Origin: Bdellovibrionales bacterium
Lineage (GTDB): Bacteria > Bdellovibrionota > Bdellovibrionia > Bdellovibrionales > UBA1609
NCBI GenBank assembly: GCA_027317865.1
Contig: DAHVQG010000010.1
Span: 1 to 64,000, forward strand
Length of the DNA: 64,000 nt
Direction of reading: 5' to 3'
Both the position numbers and the translations under genes were made by a program. Positions within the stretch are counted from its first letter, which is position 1; each line of letters begins with the position of its first letter. Shown here in pieces: positions 39,860 through 49,391 of this stretch. The notes beneath the pieces were generated by a model, which saw only the letters and a program-made list of their open reading frames with translations, did no database searches and was not told the DNA's origin.

Positions 39860-41344
39860 TCACTCTCGAAGTTGAAATCTGTGAATAATGCGCCGGCTAC
39901 CTGAGCTGGCCGACGATTTAATAACAGGTGTTACAAACACGACAAATTGACTTTGGTTACTATTAAAATCTTTCGACGCATATAACGACAAAATTGGGTT
40001 GGGATCCGCCCCCGCCGGCTCCCGGTTAAAGGCGGTGTTATTGGTCGACCTAACGAGGCCACCAATTGCGGCGCTTTGTCCGCTTTGCACAACGACTTCG
40101 GTGTTAACCGTGTCTGTTGAAAACATCGGGCCAGCTTGGGTGTTACTGATTAGGTTAGATACCGTAAACTGGAGATTGAGTTCAACGCTATCGGATTCCG
40201 CGCCGATTATTTTAGGAGTGACCTTGGTCGTAATCCCAATTTTCGCAAAATTTGTCGACTGCAGTGCTCCGCCAGTTCCTGTTGTCACGGATTGATAGGG
40301 AACATTTGTCACATCGTTTATTTCACCCTGCTTGCCATCCTCCACGATCATGCTCGTGCTTTCTAAATCTCGCGCATGACCGTGTTCTTTAGCCCAATTT
40401 AGTTTAGGTATAAGATTTGTGATTGTTCCTGTGATGACAGAAGTGAGGCCGGGTGTAGTTGTGCCAGAACTCGTCGGCTGACCTGTCGTGAAGTTAATTG
40501 CACTGTTTTGGCCGAGATCAGGAGTCCATTGAAAGCGAAAACCTTTTGTGTAATCCTTTTGTAATTCCACATAGTGTACAATAACTTGAATAGTTTTTCC
40601 GGGCTGCGCGGGAGGCGGTTTGGCAACAGTGATTAAATCTATAACAACTTGGCTTACGCGTTTTTGCACCTTTTTATCCGCGACCGCTTGGTCGACCACA
40701 ACATCGGGCACGTAGGTTTTTGCTAATATGACGGCGCGGTCCTTTTCTTTTTGGCTTTGTGCCACACCCGTTAAGAGATACTTGCCGTTGACAGCTTTAA
40801 CGTGAATTTGCGGATCGTTGATTGCGCGTTCAATAAACTGTGCAATTTTCACTTGCGCCTCGGGGCTAAGACGCGCAAGAGACGCCGCAAGTCCGGGGAA
40901 CTGTCTGACGACGTCGTGGATTCGCTCCATATCCGAGGGCAAAAGTATTTCGCCGTCGACGACGACTTTATGGTTCACGATTTCGATTTTCACGCCGTCA
41001 ATTTCACGCAGCAGGTATTTAATTTGGCGTGCGACGTCTTGCAAATTGGTGCGCCGGACATCGACGGTAAAACGGTAAACCGGGAGATTGTTGTACGTAT
41101 TAAAAATTTCAAGCGTGCCAAATCCAGGATATTTAGGGATAATCCTAAGTGTTTTAGTTGTACGATTGTATTCAAGTCGCACATAACGGCCAAAGGTTCC
41201 AGCAAGTCTGAAATGTAGTGGCATGTCGGGCAGAAATTCGTCGTGGATCAGACCGACTGACAGCGGAATATTTCGAACATGGGCAAAACACACCGATGAC
41301 GCAACAGTGATTGTAAATGCGATCAACAGCCATTTTTTTAACAT
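39860..41344 (-). CDS. RcpA/CpaC-like secretin with BON-like domains
   Basis: Signal peptide; VVVDGE and YLLTGVA BON-like segments; secretin C-terminus VQSGQSAAIGGL...FVVFVTP. Confidence 0.85.
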   Translation of the reverse strand: MLKKWLLIAFTITVASSVCFAHVRNIPLSVGLIHDEFLPDMPLHFRLAGTFGRYVRLEYNRTTKTLRIIPKYPGFGTLEIFNTYNNLPVYRFTVDVRRTNLQDVARQIKYLLREIDGVKIEIVNHKVVVDGEILLPSDMERIHDVVRQFPGLAASLARLSPEAQVKIAQFIERAINDPQIHVKAVNGKYLLTGVAQSQKEKDRAVILAKTYVPDVVVDQAVADKKVQKRVSQVVIDLITVAKPPPAQPGKTIQVIVHYVELQKDYTKGFRFQWTPDLGQNSAINFTTGQPTSSGTTTPGLTSVITGTITNLIPKLNWAKEHGHARDLESTSMIVEDGKQGEINDVTNVPYQSVTTGTGGALQSTNFAKIGITTKVTPKIIGAESDSVELNLQFTVSNLISNTQAGPMFSTDTVNTEVVVQSGQSAAIGGLVRSTNNTAFNREPAGADPNPILSLYASKDFNSNQSQFVVFVTPVIKSSASSGSRRIIHRFQLRE

Positions 41345-41371
41345 CGCAAAAATCCTCCCTACGTCGACGCC

Positions 41372-42280
41372 TTAATTGACGTTGACAAACCCGCCCCGGC
41401 GATAGACCCGTCGCACTGGACGCACGATTCGCGGTTGCACCGGTCTTGGCATTGGTACTGAAGCTGGCGTACGTACGTTGTTAGGTACGAGGCTTGGGTT
41501 CACACGGTCTAAAACCGTATTGAGATCGGAATCGGTCAAAATGGCTTCGGTGTTATCCGTCGGATGCCGGAGCGTTATAAAAAGCGAACCTGGGGAAGTG
41601 GCCAAAATATAGATCAAATTTTGCGCCTGCTGAGGCGATACCTCGACGGTGATAGTGCTGTATTTAGTATCGCCTTGAATATTTTTAATAAATGCTTCGT
41701 TGCCGACGTCTTCTAATAAGCGCGGCAATTGATTGATAATGCGAAGACCCGTGGCAAGTACCGGTACGTTTTGCATGATCGTGCGGACAACTTTGTGCGC
41801 CGTCGGTCCGCTGCCGACGTTAACAGCCGCGACGAGATCAATGTGATCGCCAGGTTTGATAAGTTTTGAAACTCCGTGAACCGAGTCAATTGGTATGGCC
41901 ACGGCCCTCTTGCCGGGAGTTACTTGTAAAGAAAGGCCGGTGATCGGGCCGGGCTCCATAATTTTATTTCGCAAAATTTGTTCGCCTTTTCGAATGGGCG
42001 CAAGCGCCACCATCCCAACGGCGCCATTGGGCTGCGAAAGAGCACCGGGCTGTATGTAATCAACGGGTATTGATTTGATAGCGAGCATGGTGGCATCAAT
42101 TGTTTGCATCTCGTTTATGTTTTTTGTCGCCACAACGACGGTGCGGCTTGCCGCAAATTTTTGCGCCATTTCGCTCGTGCGTTCATTCGTGTAGCTATAT
42201 AGCAGAAAAACGGCAAAAAGAGCCGCTCCGATTGATACCCAAAGTGTGCGTGTCTCATTGTGATTCATATAAAAAATCAC
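41372..42280 (-). CDS. cpaB: Flp pilus assembly protein CpaB/RcpC
   Basis: VVVATKNI SAF domain, PGKRAVAI, IKPGDHIDLV, QNVPVLA, ITVEVSPQQAQ. Confidence 0.9.
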   Translation of the reverse strand: MIFYMNHNETRTLWVSIGAALFAVFLLYSYTNERTSEMAQKFAASRTVVVATKNINEMQTIDATMLAIKSIPVDYIQPGALSQPNGAVGMVALAPIRKGEQILRNKIMEPGPITGLSLQVTPGKRAVAIPIDSVHGVSKLIKPGDHIDLVAAVNVGSGPTAHKVVRTIMQNVPVLATGLRIINQLPRLLEDVGNEAFIKNIQGDTKYSTITVEVSPQQAQNLIYILATSPGSLFITLRHPTDNTEAILTDSDLNTVLDRVNPSLVPNNVRTPASVPMPRPVQPRIVRPVRRVYRRGGFVNVN

Positions 42281-42296
42281 TCCCGCCTAAGCCGCG

Positions 42297-42818
42297 TTAA
42301 ATGTCGCCGCAATTGGCGTCTAAACAAATTCCGTATCCGACCATGACCCAAGCCGGTGATACACCTATTTTTCTATATCGGTCTTGAATGGGTTTTTTAT
42401 AAATTGTGTCGTTATGAAGTGTGACTGGGTCTTGTGAGCCCGACGTTGGGACAGAAGCAATTGACCTAAAAGCGCCAAAAAGAATGGGCCGTGCTGTCGC
42501 GTAAGTATGTTTTATTGACGTGTTTTCGCCTGAAACCGCGTGAAATCGCGAGCCCCAGGTGTAAGCGTACGGAGTCGTGCCAGGGTCTGTCGTATCACGA
42601 AAAATTGTGAGATCGGCGCGATTTCGAAAGGTTTCAAAAGCGTACGTGCGCGCCGCCATCGAGTTCATAATGGCTGTTTGAATGACGCCGAAAAACCCGA
42701 GGCCAAAGCCAAGTAGAACAATAAAAATCATAAGCAGTGGAACAGTCTCGATCATAGCCGAGCCTCTTTCGTCTCGGAGGCGGCTGCTTTTGGTTTTTAC
42801 GTGAAAGTTAGCAACCAT
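42297..42818 (-). CDS. TadE/TadF-like pseudopilin
   Basis: ERG|SAMIE prepilin motif followed by a hydrophobic helix. Confidence 0.8.
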   Translation of the reverse strand: MVANFHVKTKSSRLRDERGSAMIETVPLLMIFIVLLGFGLGFFGVIQTAIMNSMAARTYAFETFRNRADLTIFRDTTDPGTTPYAYTWGSRFHAVSGENTSIKHTYATARPILFGAFRSIASVPTSGSQDPVTLHNDTIYKKPIQDRYRKIGVSPAWVMVGYGICLDANCGDI

Positions 42819-43482
42819 TGTCTAACTCCACTAAAACTTTAGTTGTGCTGGCGTTTGCGCCCGCAGGCAGATGGTAGCCGAGCTTTTGAATATTAGCCCA
42901 GCGGTCCTCCCAATATTGTCGACATTCTTGAAACGATGGTTCGCGCCCAAGAAATGAATTAATATTAACTTGAAATGTTTGCTTTGCCCCCGAAGTGCCG
43001 CTTTTTACTGTTGAACCAAAAAACGGAACGTGAAAATCAAGAAGGTTTGCTTGAAATGGAATAATGACGCCCTCAAATGTCCCGTAGGGGCCTTGTTCGC
43101 CGCCGCCATATCGTTCAAATTTTGAGCAAATGGGTAGATTGTTTGAATTCGGACCGCCGCAAATCACTGGCGCACTCGCGGTAAACCATCCATTCGCTAA
43201 CAGTGGCGCTATAAATTGATTATTTAACACGGTACTAATGGCCGATTGAGCGGCATTTGCTTGGTCGCCGAAGTTATCATTGCCGGCAAAAAAGCGTCGC
43301 GCACCCGCAAAAGCCGCGTATTGTACCACTTCAACCGTTGCTAGGGTTGTCGAGAAGGCCATGACCACGGCGGCAAACCCTAAGACAAGTATAAGGGCGA
43401 ATAAATAATCAATTGTAAGTGAGCCGCGCTCAGAGGCGAGATGAGAAAGTTTTAGACTGCGGTTGGCTTGAGGTGTTTTCAT
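42808..43482 (-). CDS. TadE-like pseudopilin
   Basis: ERG|SLTID (Asp at +5), hydrophobic helix, YAAFAGAR. Confidence 0.75.
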   Translation of the reverse strand: MKTPQANRSLKLSHLASERGSLTIDYLFALILVLGFAAVVMAFSTTLATVEVVQYAAFAGARRFFAGNDNFGDQANAAQSAISTVLNNQFIAPLLANGWFTASAPVICGGPNSNNLPICSKFERYGGGEQGPYGTFEGVIIPFQANLLDFHVPFFGSTVKSGTSGAKQTFQVNINSFLGREPSFQECRQYWEDRWANIQKLGYHLPAGANASTTKVLVELDNGC

Positions 43483-43772
43483 TAGTTTATGGGGTAACCC
43501 GTTATTTTTGGTGAACTGACGCGGCTCCAACTTTCGGGGTGTTCACTTGCCATTTGCATGACGGTTTGGCCCGGCGCTAAGGGCACACCATTTTGAATAA
43601 TCGATGCGAGATCATTCCACGGGCCGCTAACCAGATCGGCGAGCCATTGGTTTTTACGGGCCGCCGTTGACACGGCAAGAATAATCCCGACCGTCACGAC
43701 AAGCATAAGCACAATTTCAACGGTAATTTGCCCGGCTTCGGGATCTAATTCTTGAAGGCGATTTTGTTTCAA
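43482..43772 (-). CDS. Small pilin-like protein
   Basis: AG|QITVE followed by a hydrophobic helix. Confidence 0.75.
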   Translation of the reverse strand: MKQNRLQELDPEAGQITVEIVLMLVVTVGIILAVSTAARKNQWLADLVSGPWNDLASIIQNGVPLAPGQTVMQMASEHPESWSRVSSPKITGYPIN

Positions 43773-44278
43773 AAAAAGCCTCCTTGGCTAAAGCCGATAA
43801 CCAGATAAGTGACCCAACCCAAAACGAGCGCCACAGTGTAAGGCACTTTTTGAAACTCCGTGGAGTCACGAGTTTTGCCCGTTAGAATCCCAAGAGTATT
43901 ACCGAACAACCGCTTGGTTTGGCCCTTCATAATGGCGCTCGCAATGCCGATGACCGCCCCCCAAAGAATCGAAAAAACCAAAACTGAAAAAATCTCTTGA
44001 AATGTACTGGCGAGCGCAAAAGCAAAAAGAATTTTCATGTCGCCGGAGCCAAGCGCGCCGATTAGTACCAGTGGAATCATAACAATAAGTACGACAAGGC
44101 TTGCAACGGCCCCTTCTTGCAGTCCTGTCCAGCCAAAAAAATAAAACGTATTGCACACTGCCAGCACGATCGAAATCATGACCCAACTATTTAAGATTTT
44201 ATGAGAGCGAAGATCGGTCACAAGAGCCCCAAGCAGGATAACAGAAGGTATAACAGTGGCTAAAATGGAGCGGCTCAT
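43769..44278 (-). CDS. Prepilin peptidase TadV/CpaA (A24)
   Basis: TDLRSHKILN and LGSGDMK aspartate motifs, VPYTVAL; ATG at 44278 overlaps upstream stop. Confidence 0.88.
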   Translation of the reverse strand: MSRSILATVIPSVILLGALVTDLRSHKILNSWVMISIVLAVCNTFYFFGWTGLQEGAVASLVVLIVMIPLVLIGALGSGDMKILFAFALASTFQEIFSVLVFSILWGAVIGIASAIMKGQTKRLFGNTLGILTGKTRDSTEFQKVPYTVALVLGWVTYLVIGFSQGGFF

Positions 44279-44508
44279 TGTGCCCCCTGAGGATTGTGCC
44301 AAGTAAACATTGGGGCGCCCTGCGCACACCAAATAAACGCGCAGCCGCTACCATCAGCCTTGTTTTCTCCAATTGAAATTTCTTCTTCTATTTTTGCGCC
44401 GAGGTGCGGGCCCGATTTTTCAAATGCCTGGATTGGGCCGTGCCGCAAAAACACAGCCAGCAAAATGAATGCGTAGAGCGCTAAAATCAAAACATATTCT
44501 GTTGTCAT
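44275..44508 (-). CDS. Flp-like pilin lacking a leader peptide
   Basis: MTTEYVLILAL; RBS GAGGTG; in-frame TGA two codons upstream. Confidence 0.7.
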   Translation of the reverse strand: MTTEYVLILALYAFILLAVFLRHGPIQAFEKSGPHLGAKIEEEISIGENKADGSGCAFIWCAQGAPMFTWHNPQGAQ

Positions 44509-44607
44509 CGTTCACCTCGAGTCGCCTTGAGGAGCAATCAAAATTACAGACTCCTCCGGCGTGCTTTAATTTCTCGAGGGAGAATTATGAAAAATCACAC
44601 AGCAAAG

Positions 44608-44799
44608 TTAGTTATGAGACGAGATGGTGCCGATATTCGAGCTTAAGCTTTTCAGTTTAGTTGAAATAATTTGACGGATCTGAGTATGGAAAATCATAAC
44701 CAGTCCCACAATAATCACAAGTAGCAAAATGTACTCAGTCGCGCCTTGGCCCGATTCGTCTTCGATGAGATAATTTAAGATTGCCTTAAGATTTTTCAT
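44608..44799 (-). CDS. flp: Flp family type IVb pilin
   Basis: DESG|QGATEYILLLVIIVG Flp motif; RBS AGAGGGGG. Confidence 0.92.
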   Translation of the reverse strand: MKNLKAILNYLIEDESGQGATEYILLLVIIVGLVMIFHTQIRQIISTKLKSLSSNIGTISSHN

Positions 44800-44818
44800 A
44801 TTTTTCCCCCTCTAAAAT

Positions 44819-44845
44819 TTATCGGCATTCAACAAAAATAATAAA
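44819..44845 (-). promoter_or_regulatory. Sigma28 (FliA)-like promoter upstream of flp
   Basis: Minus-strand TTTA-N15-GCCGATAA; perfect -10, imperfect -35. Confidence 0.55.
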
Positions 44846-45098
44846 GCTTTGGCCGCACTATGGGCCAGGGCCTGGCTTTGCCAAAACCCGCCAGCAGCGC
44901 CAAAGCGTACGTGAAGAAACGGGAGAATTTATATTCATTATCGTCATTGTTTAGAAGTTACGCAAATTTCGTCTAAATTTTGTTTCAAAATGAGACACAA
45001 CGGGGGGCATCGCCTTCGAGCTTCAAGTGACCAGGCGTGGTGTCGTTAGATTTTATGGCGCATCATTTTTTTCCAGACCCCTTCCGAAAAGAGATCTG

Positions 45099-45941
45099 AT
45101 GAAAACGACCTCAAGAAGCGAGCCAGTGGTTGCGGTCGCAATCAATACATATGGCCAGGCCACGACCGAATATATTTTAGTTCTCGTAGTAGTTGTGGGT
45201 ATTATTTTGGGCGCGCTTTGGCAGTTTAATAAAGCATTTGCAGCTTGGGCAGAAGCCTATTTTGGGCCAGGCGGCTACATCGCGTGTTTACTTGATACGG
45301 GCACGCTACCGAATTTCGGCGCTTTAAATAGCGGGCAGTGCTCGCTCAGTCAATTTTCACCGTCGAACGGCAATTCTCTCGCGAACAGTACAAATGGCGG
45401 CGCAGGTAACGGCGGTAAGAGCGGCTCCAATTCATCTACCGCTTCTTCTGCGTCCTCGTCAGCACCTGGTGGCAATGGCAATCTCACGATGTTGCCGGGT
45501 TTTGGTGGTGGCGCGTTCGGCACGGGCGCGACGACTTTTCGGGCCAATTCAGGGAAAAATTCCAAAGGTAAAGGTTCAGGCGGCCAGAATCAATTGGGCG
45601 GCGATTCAATTTCTAATCTTCAAGGCTATCAAGGCGTAACCGTCATTCGCATACCGCTTGATGAGCAAGGTTACTATTCGTATGGCTGGGGCGGCGGAGA
45701 AAATCAAAAAAAGACAAAAATTCCAGTGAGTTCAAAACAGATAAAAAAGGGTGAAAATGCAAGCTCAGCGAGTCCGCTAATTAAGGCGAATCGAACAGTT
45801 GCTTCGGTAAAAAAGAAGTCTCATGGGAGCGGGTTTAACTTTGGGTACCTGCTACGGTATTTCATTATCGCAATTATTATTATAGCCATTGTCATTTTTA
45901 TCGGCGGGCAAATCCTACAAGTTTCAAAATCGATGGAATAA
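45099..45941 (+). CDS. Flp-type pilin N-terminus + Gly/Ser-rich linker + C-terminal TM helix
   Basis: YG|QATTEYILVLVVVVG; G/S/N-rich middle; C-terminal YFIIAIIIIAIVIFIGG. Confidence 0.75.
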   Translation: MKTTSRSEPVVAVAINTYGQATTEYILVLVVVVGIILGALWQFNKAFAAWAEAYFGPGGYIACLLDTGTLPNFGALNSGQCSLSQFSPSNGNSLANSTNGGAGNGGKSGSNSSTASSASSSAPGGNGNLTMLPGFGGGAFGTGATTFRANSGKNSKGKGSGGQNQLGGDSISNLQGYQGVTVIRIPLDEQGYYSYGWGGGENQKKTKIPVSSKQIKKGENASSASPLIKANRTVASVKKKSHGSGFNFGYLLRYFIIAIIIIAIVIFIGGQILQVSKSME

Positions 45942-46034
45942 TTTTTAAAAAGAGCATTATTTGTTGAACCATGGGCAAAAACCTGTTTTTTTGCACTTGA
46001 ATCTTCGGGCATTTTAGAGGGAACGGTAAGAAAT

Positions 46035-46421
46035 TTGGGGGGCGCTTTGCTAAACCGCGATGTTTTCAGGGTTTCACGTCAGGGTCCGTTTGAACTGGAC
46101 GAAGCAACAGAACTGGTGCGGTTACTCAATCAAATTACCCATAAATACAGTGAAAAGGTTAACGAGCTTGTCGAACAACTCGAAAGCTTGCCGTCGCACG
46201 AGAGGCAAAACGTAGTCGAGATAGAAAATACGATCGGTCAGCTCATCAACGAGTGGAATGGTAAGGTTCGACGACTCGGGGCGATTCCCAAAGGCTTATG
46301 GTTAGTAGACATCGATAACGGCCAAGGGTATTACTGCTGGAAGTACCCCGAGCCCGGCATTGAATTTTGTCACGATTATAACAGTGGCTATGCAGGGCGG
46401 GTTCCAGTTGAAGAAAAATGA
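46035..46421 (+). CDS. DUF2203-like protein
   Basis: F.LDEA, KGLWLVD, YYCWKYPEPGI..H...GYAGR. Confidence 0.8.
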   Translation: MGGALLNRDVFRVSRQGPFELDEATELVRLLNQITHKYSEKVNELVEQLESLPSHERQNVVEIENTIGQLINEWNGKVRRLGAIPKGLWLVDIDNGQGYYCWKYPEPGIEFCHDYNSGYAGRVPVEEK

Positions 46422-48049
46422 AAATCGCTCTTGCGCAAATCAATTCACGACTCGGCCACTTTGACGGCAATGCCGCTAAAATCATTGCATTTAGCCATAG
46501 GGCCCAGGCAATGGGGGCCGATATTGTCGTCTTCCCCGAAGCGTCGCTTTTTGGCTACCACCCCATGGATATGCTCGAGAGGCCTTCGGTTATCAATAAA
46601 GAGCTGAAGGCACTGAATCAGATTTGCCGAAAACTCCCGCGCGACATATTGGTTCTTTTTGGTGCCTTTACGTTGAACAAAAAACCCAACGGTAAACCGT
46701 ATTTTAACTCAGCCGTTTCCGTTCATGCCGGCCGAGTGAAGTTTTTTAATAAAACGCTACTGCCAACCTATGACGTCTTTGATGATGCCCGGCACATTGA
46801 GCCGGGCGATATGACAAAAAACATTATTCGTTTTAGAGGTAAGAAAATTCTCATTACCGTCTGCGAAGATATTTGGGCCTGGCCGGTAGAGGGTCAAAAA
46901 AGACCATCTTTTTATGATGAAAACCCGCTTCGCCGCATTCGGCCCGGCAGCGTTGATCTCGTTTTAAACTTAAGCGCTTCGCCATTTTTTCAAAACAAGT
47001 GGCAACATCGGCTTGAAGTGACGCGCCAAACAGTACGCTATTTCAAAGCGCCGATCGTCTATGTGAATTTGGTTGGAGCGCAAGACGAGTTGATTTTTGA
47101 TGGCGGCAGCTTTGCGCTAAACAAAAAAGGTGAAATCATAGCTCATAGCCCGCATTTTAGCGAAGATCTACGGGTTGTTGACGTATTAGAGGCGAAAAGG
47201 AAATTGCGCACAAAAATCAGTGCGCGCCCGCAAGGGCTAGAAAGTCTCAGGCAGGCACTCGTCTTAGGAGTACATGATTTCGTAGAGAAAATTAATTTAA
47301 AGCGCGTGCATATTGGCCTAAGTGGCGGCGTTGATTCGGCCGTTGTTGCGTGTCTGGCTGTCGACGCGCTCGGCGCTCAAAATGTTACAGCAATAGCCAT
47401 GCCCGGCCCCTTTAGCGCCGGCGAAAGCCTAACGCTTGCCGAACAACTTGCGCGAAACCTGGGCTTGGAATTCAAAGTCATCAGTATGACGAAAGAATAC
47501 GAGATCATCGAAAACCTCGTAAAAGAGGAATTATCGCTTCAAACTTTCGGGGTCGTTCATGAAAACATACAGGCTAGAATCCGGGCGATGATATTAATGG
47601 CCTACGCCAACATGAATAGCTCACTTCTTCTCAATACGACGAACAAAACGGAAATGGCCTGCGGTTATGGGACTCTTTACGGGGATCTTTCGGGCGGCCT
47701 TTCAGTGATCGGCGATCTTTTAAAACGCGACGTTTACGCTTTAGCGCGGCACTATAACCGCGAGCGAGAAATCATTCCAAACGGGATTATTACACGGGCG
47801 CCTTCGGCGGAGCTTCGACCGCACCAAACCGATCAAGACACTCTGCCGCCATATGAGAAGCTCGACACGAGCGTAGTTCGACTAGTTGAAAAATCGCTCG
47901 ATGCCCGTTCCGAAACCGATCGATTTCTGCTTTCAGCGCTTTTGAAAAATGAATTCAAAAGATGGCAATCGCCGCCGATTTTAAAAGTGCGGGCCCATTC
48001 ATTTGGTCAGGGCCGGCGTATGCCGATTGCAAACGCGGCAGTTTATTGA
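46418..48049 (+). CDS. nadE: Glutamine-dependent NAD+ synthetase
   Basis: Nitrilase domain (FPE, K, CEDIW) plus GLSGGVDS, ENIQARIR, GYGTLYGD, PSAELR. Confidence 0.95.
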   Translation: MKIALAQINSRLGHFDGNAAKIIAFSHRAQAMGADIVVFPEASLFGYHPMDMLERPSVINKELKALNQICRKLPRDILVLFGAFTLNKKPNGKPYFNSAVSVHAGRVKFFNKTLLPTYDVFDDARHIEPGDMTKNIIRFRGKKILITVCEDIWAWPVEGQKRPSFYDENPLRRIRPGSVDLVLNLSASPFFQNKWQHRLEVTRQTVRYFKAPIVYVNLVGAQDELIFDGGSFALNKKGEIIAHSPHFSEDLRVVDVLEAKRKLRTKISARPQGLESLRQALVLGVHDFVEKINLKRVHIGLSGGVDSAVVACLAVDALGAQNVTAIAMPGPFSAGESLTLAEQLARNLGLEFKVISMTKEYEIIENLVKEELSLQTFGVVHENIQARIRAMILMAYANMNSSLLLNTTNKTEMACGYGTLYGDLSGGLSVIGDLLKRDVYALARHYNREREIIPNGIITRAPSAELRPHQTDQDTLPPYEKLDTSVVRLVEKSLDARSETDRFLLSALLKNEFKRWQSPPILKVRAHSFGQGRRMPIANAAVY

Positions 48050-48681
48050 TGAGACGCGACGTCGGGCTTATTGCCCTTGTTTCGGTTTTTATCTCCGCCC
48101 TTATAACCTCAACTTTAATCGGATCTAAGCTTTTTTCTTTAGGCCCGCTGACGCTCTCGGCCGGGATCATTGTATTTCCATTTACGTTTTTAAGTCTTGA
48201 TGTCATCGCCGATTGTTACGGCCGCGCGATGGCCAACGCGACCATTAAAGTGAGTATCGTGATTCAACTATTTGTGCTTTTTTTTGTTTGGCTGGGGGGC
48301 TGGCTCCCGACTTCGCCGCTCAGGCAAATGGGGGGCGCTTATCAAAAAATGTTTTCTCTTGCCCCAAGGATGGTTTTAGCCTCGATCACCGCATTTTTTA
48401 TATCGCAGCTGTTCGACGTTACCGTTTTTCTGTCGGTTAAAGAAAAGACAAACGGTAAACGTCTTTGGCTTCGCACTAACGTTGCTACATTTATTTCGCA
48501 AGCGATCGATACTACGGTTTTTTCAATTGTGTTTCTCGGCGGGGTGATCCCTGCTTACGAGATTTTAAAGGCCGGCGTTACGGTTTATTGCGCGAAAGTT
48601 TTTTTGGGGTTAATTAATACGCCCTTTGTTTATCTCGGGCGATATTTGATTTTCAAGCGAAACGGCCAAAAATCATGTTAA
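48049..48681 (+). CDS. YhhQ/VUT family transporter (queuosine-precursor transporter family)
   Basis: GIIVFPFTF..LDVIADCYG, ASITAFFISQLFD, LWLRTN.ATFISQAIDT; ATG overlaps nadE stop (TGATG). Confidence 0.88.
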   Translation: MRRDVGLIALVSVFISALITSTLIGSKLFSLGPLTLSAGIIVFPFTFLSLDVIADCYGRAMANATIKVSIVIQLFVLFFVWLGGWLPTSPLRQMGGAYQKMFSLAPRMVLASITAFFISQLFDVTVFLSVKEKTNGKRLWLRTNVATFISQAIDTTVFSIVFLGGVIPAYEILKAGVTVYCAKVFLGLINTPFVYLGRYLIFKRNGQKSC

Positions 48682-49391
48682 CGGTTGAAAGCATTAAAAC
48701 GCGAATATTCAAAACGGGCGATGTGATCTTGCCATTTTTGATTGATGCTTTGAAAGTTTGCCCGCCAAAAGAAAACGATATTGTTTGCGTCACCTCAAAA
48801 ATAGTATCTTTGTCAGAAAATTGCGTAGTCAAAAAGCAGGGCATAGAGAAAAAAGATTTAGTGAAACAAGAAGCCGATCACTATCTTGCCGACGGGCCTT
48901 ACGGAGTTTCTCTTACAATTAAACAGGGGCTTATGATTCCATCGGCGGGGATCGATGAGTCAAACGCGGGCGGCGATTATTTTATTTTGTACCCGCTTGA
49001 TCCGTTTAAAAGTGCTAATGAAATTTGGAGCGGTTTAAAAAGTCATTTTCAACTAGCTCACGTCGGGGTCATTATTACGGACTCACATACGCAACCGCTG
49101 CGATTAGGCGTAACTGGTGTGGCACTTTCGTATTGGGGCTTTCAGGGGGTTAAAAATTACGTGGGGCGCGCCGATTTATTTGGCCGAAAACTCAAGTATA
49201 CGACCATTCATGCCGCTGATGCATTAGCCTGCGCCGCAGTTTTTGAAATGGGCGAATCGGACGAATCTAGACCGCTCGCAATTATTCGCGGTGCCGGCGT
49301 TCACTTTCAAGACAAAATCGATAGATCAGAAGGCATGATTGCGCCTAAAGATGACCTTTATTTTTCGCTCTATCAATCAAAGATCAAATAG
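48675..49391 (+). CDS. CofE-like gamma-glutamyl ligase (F420-0:glutamate ligase / FolC2-like family)
   Basis: VTSKIVS, SAGIDESN, GVIITDSH..PLRLG, D.FGRKL, MGESDE..P. Confidence 0.85.
   Translation: MLTVESIKTRIFKTGDVILPFLIDALKVCPPKENDIVCVTSKIVSLSENCVVKKQGIEKKDLVKQEADHYLADGPYGVSLTIKQGLMIPSAGIDESNAGGDYFILYPLDPFKSANEIWSGLKSHFQLAHVGVIITDSHTQPLRLGVTGVALSYWGFQGVKNYVGRADLFGRKLKYTTIHAADALACAAVFEMGESDESRPLAIIRGAGVHFQDKIDRSEGMIAPKDDLYFSLYQSKIK

Noticed and set aside
48675-49391. Coenzyme F420 biosynthesis
   Set aside because: No other cof/fbi genes in the window; the CofE fold alone does not imply F420
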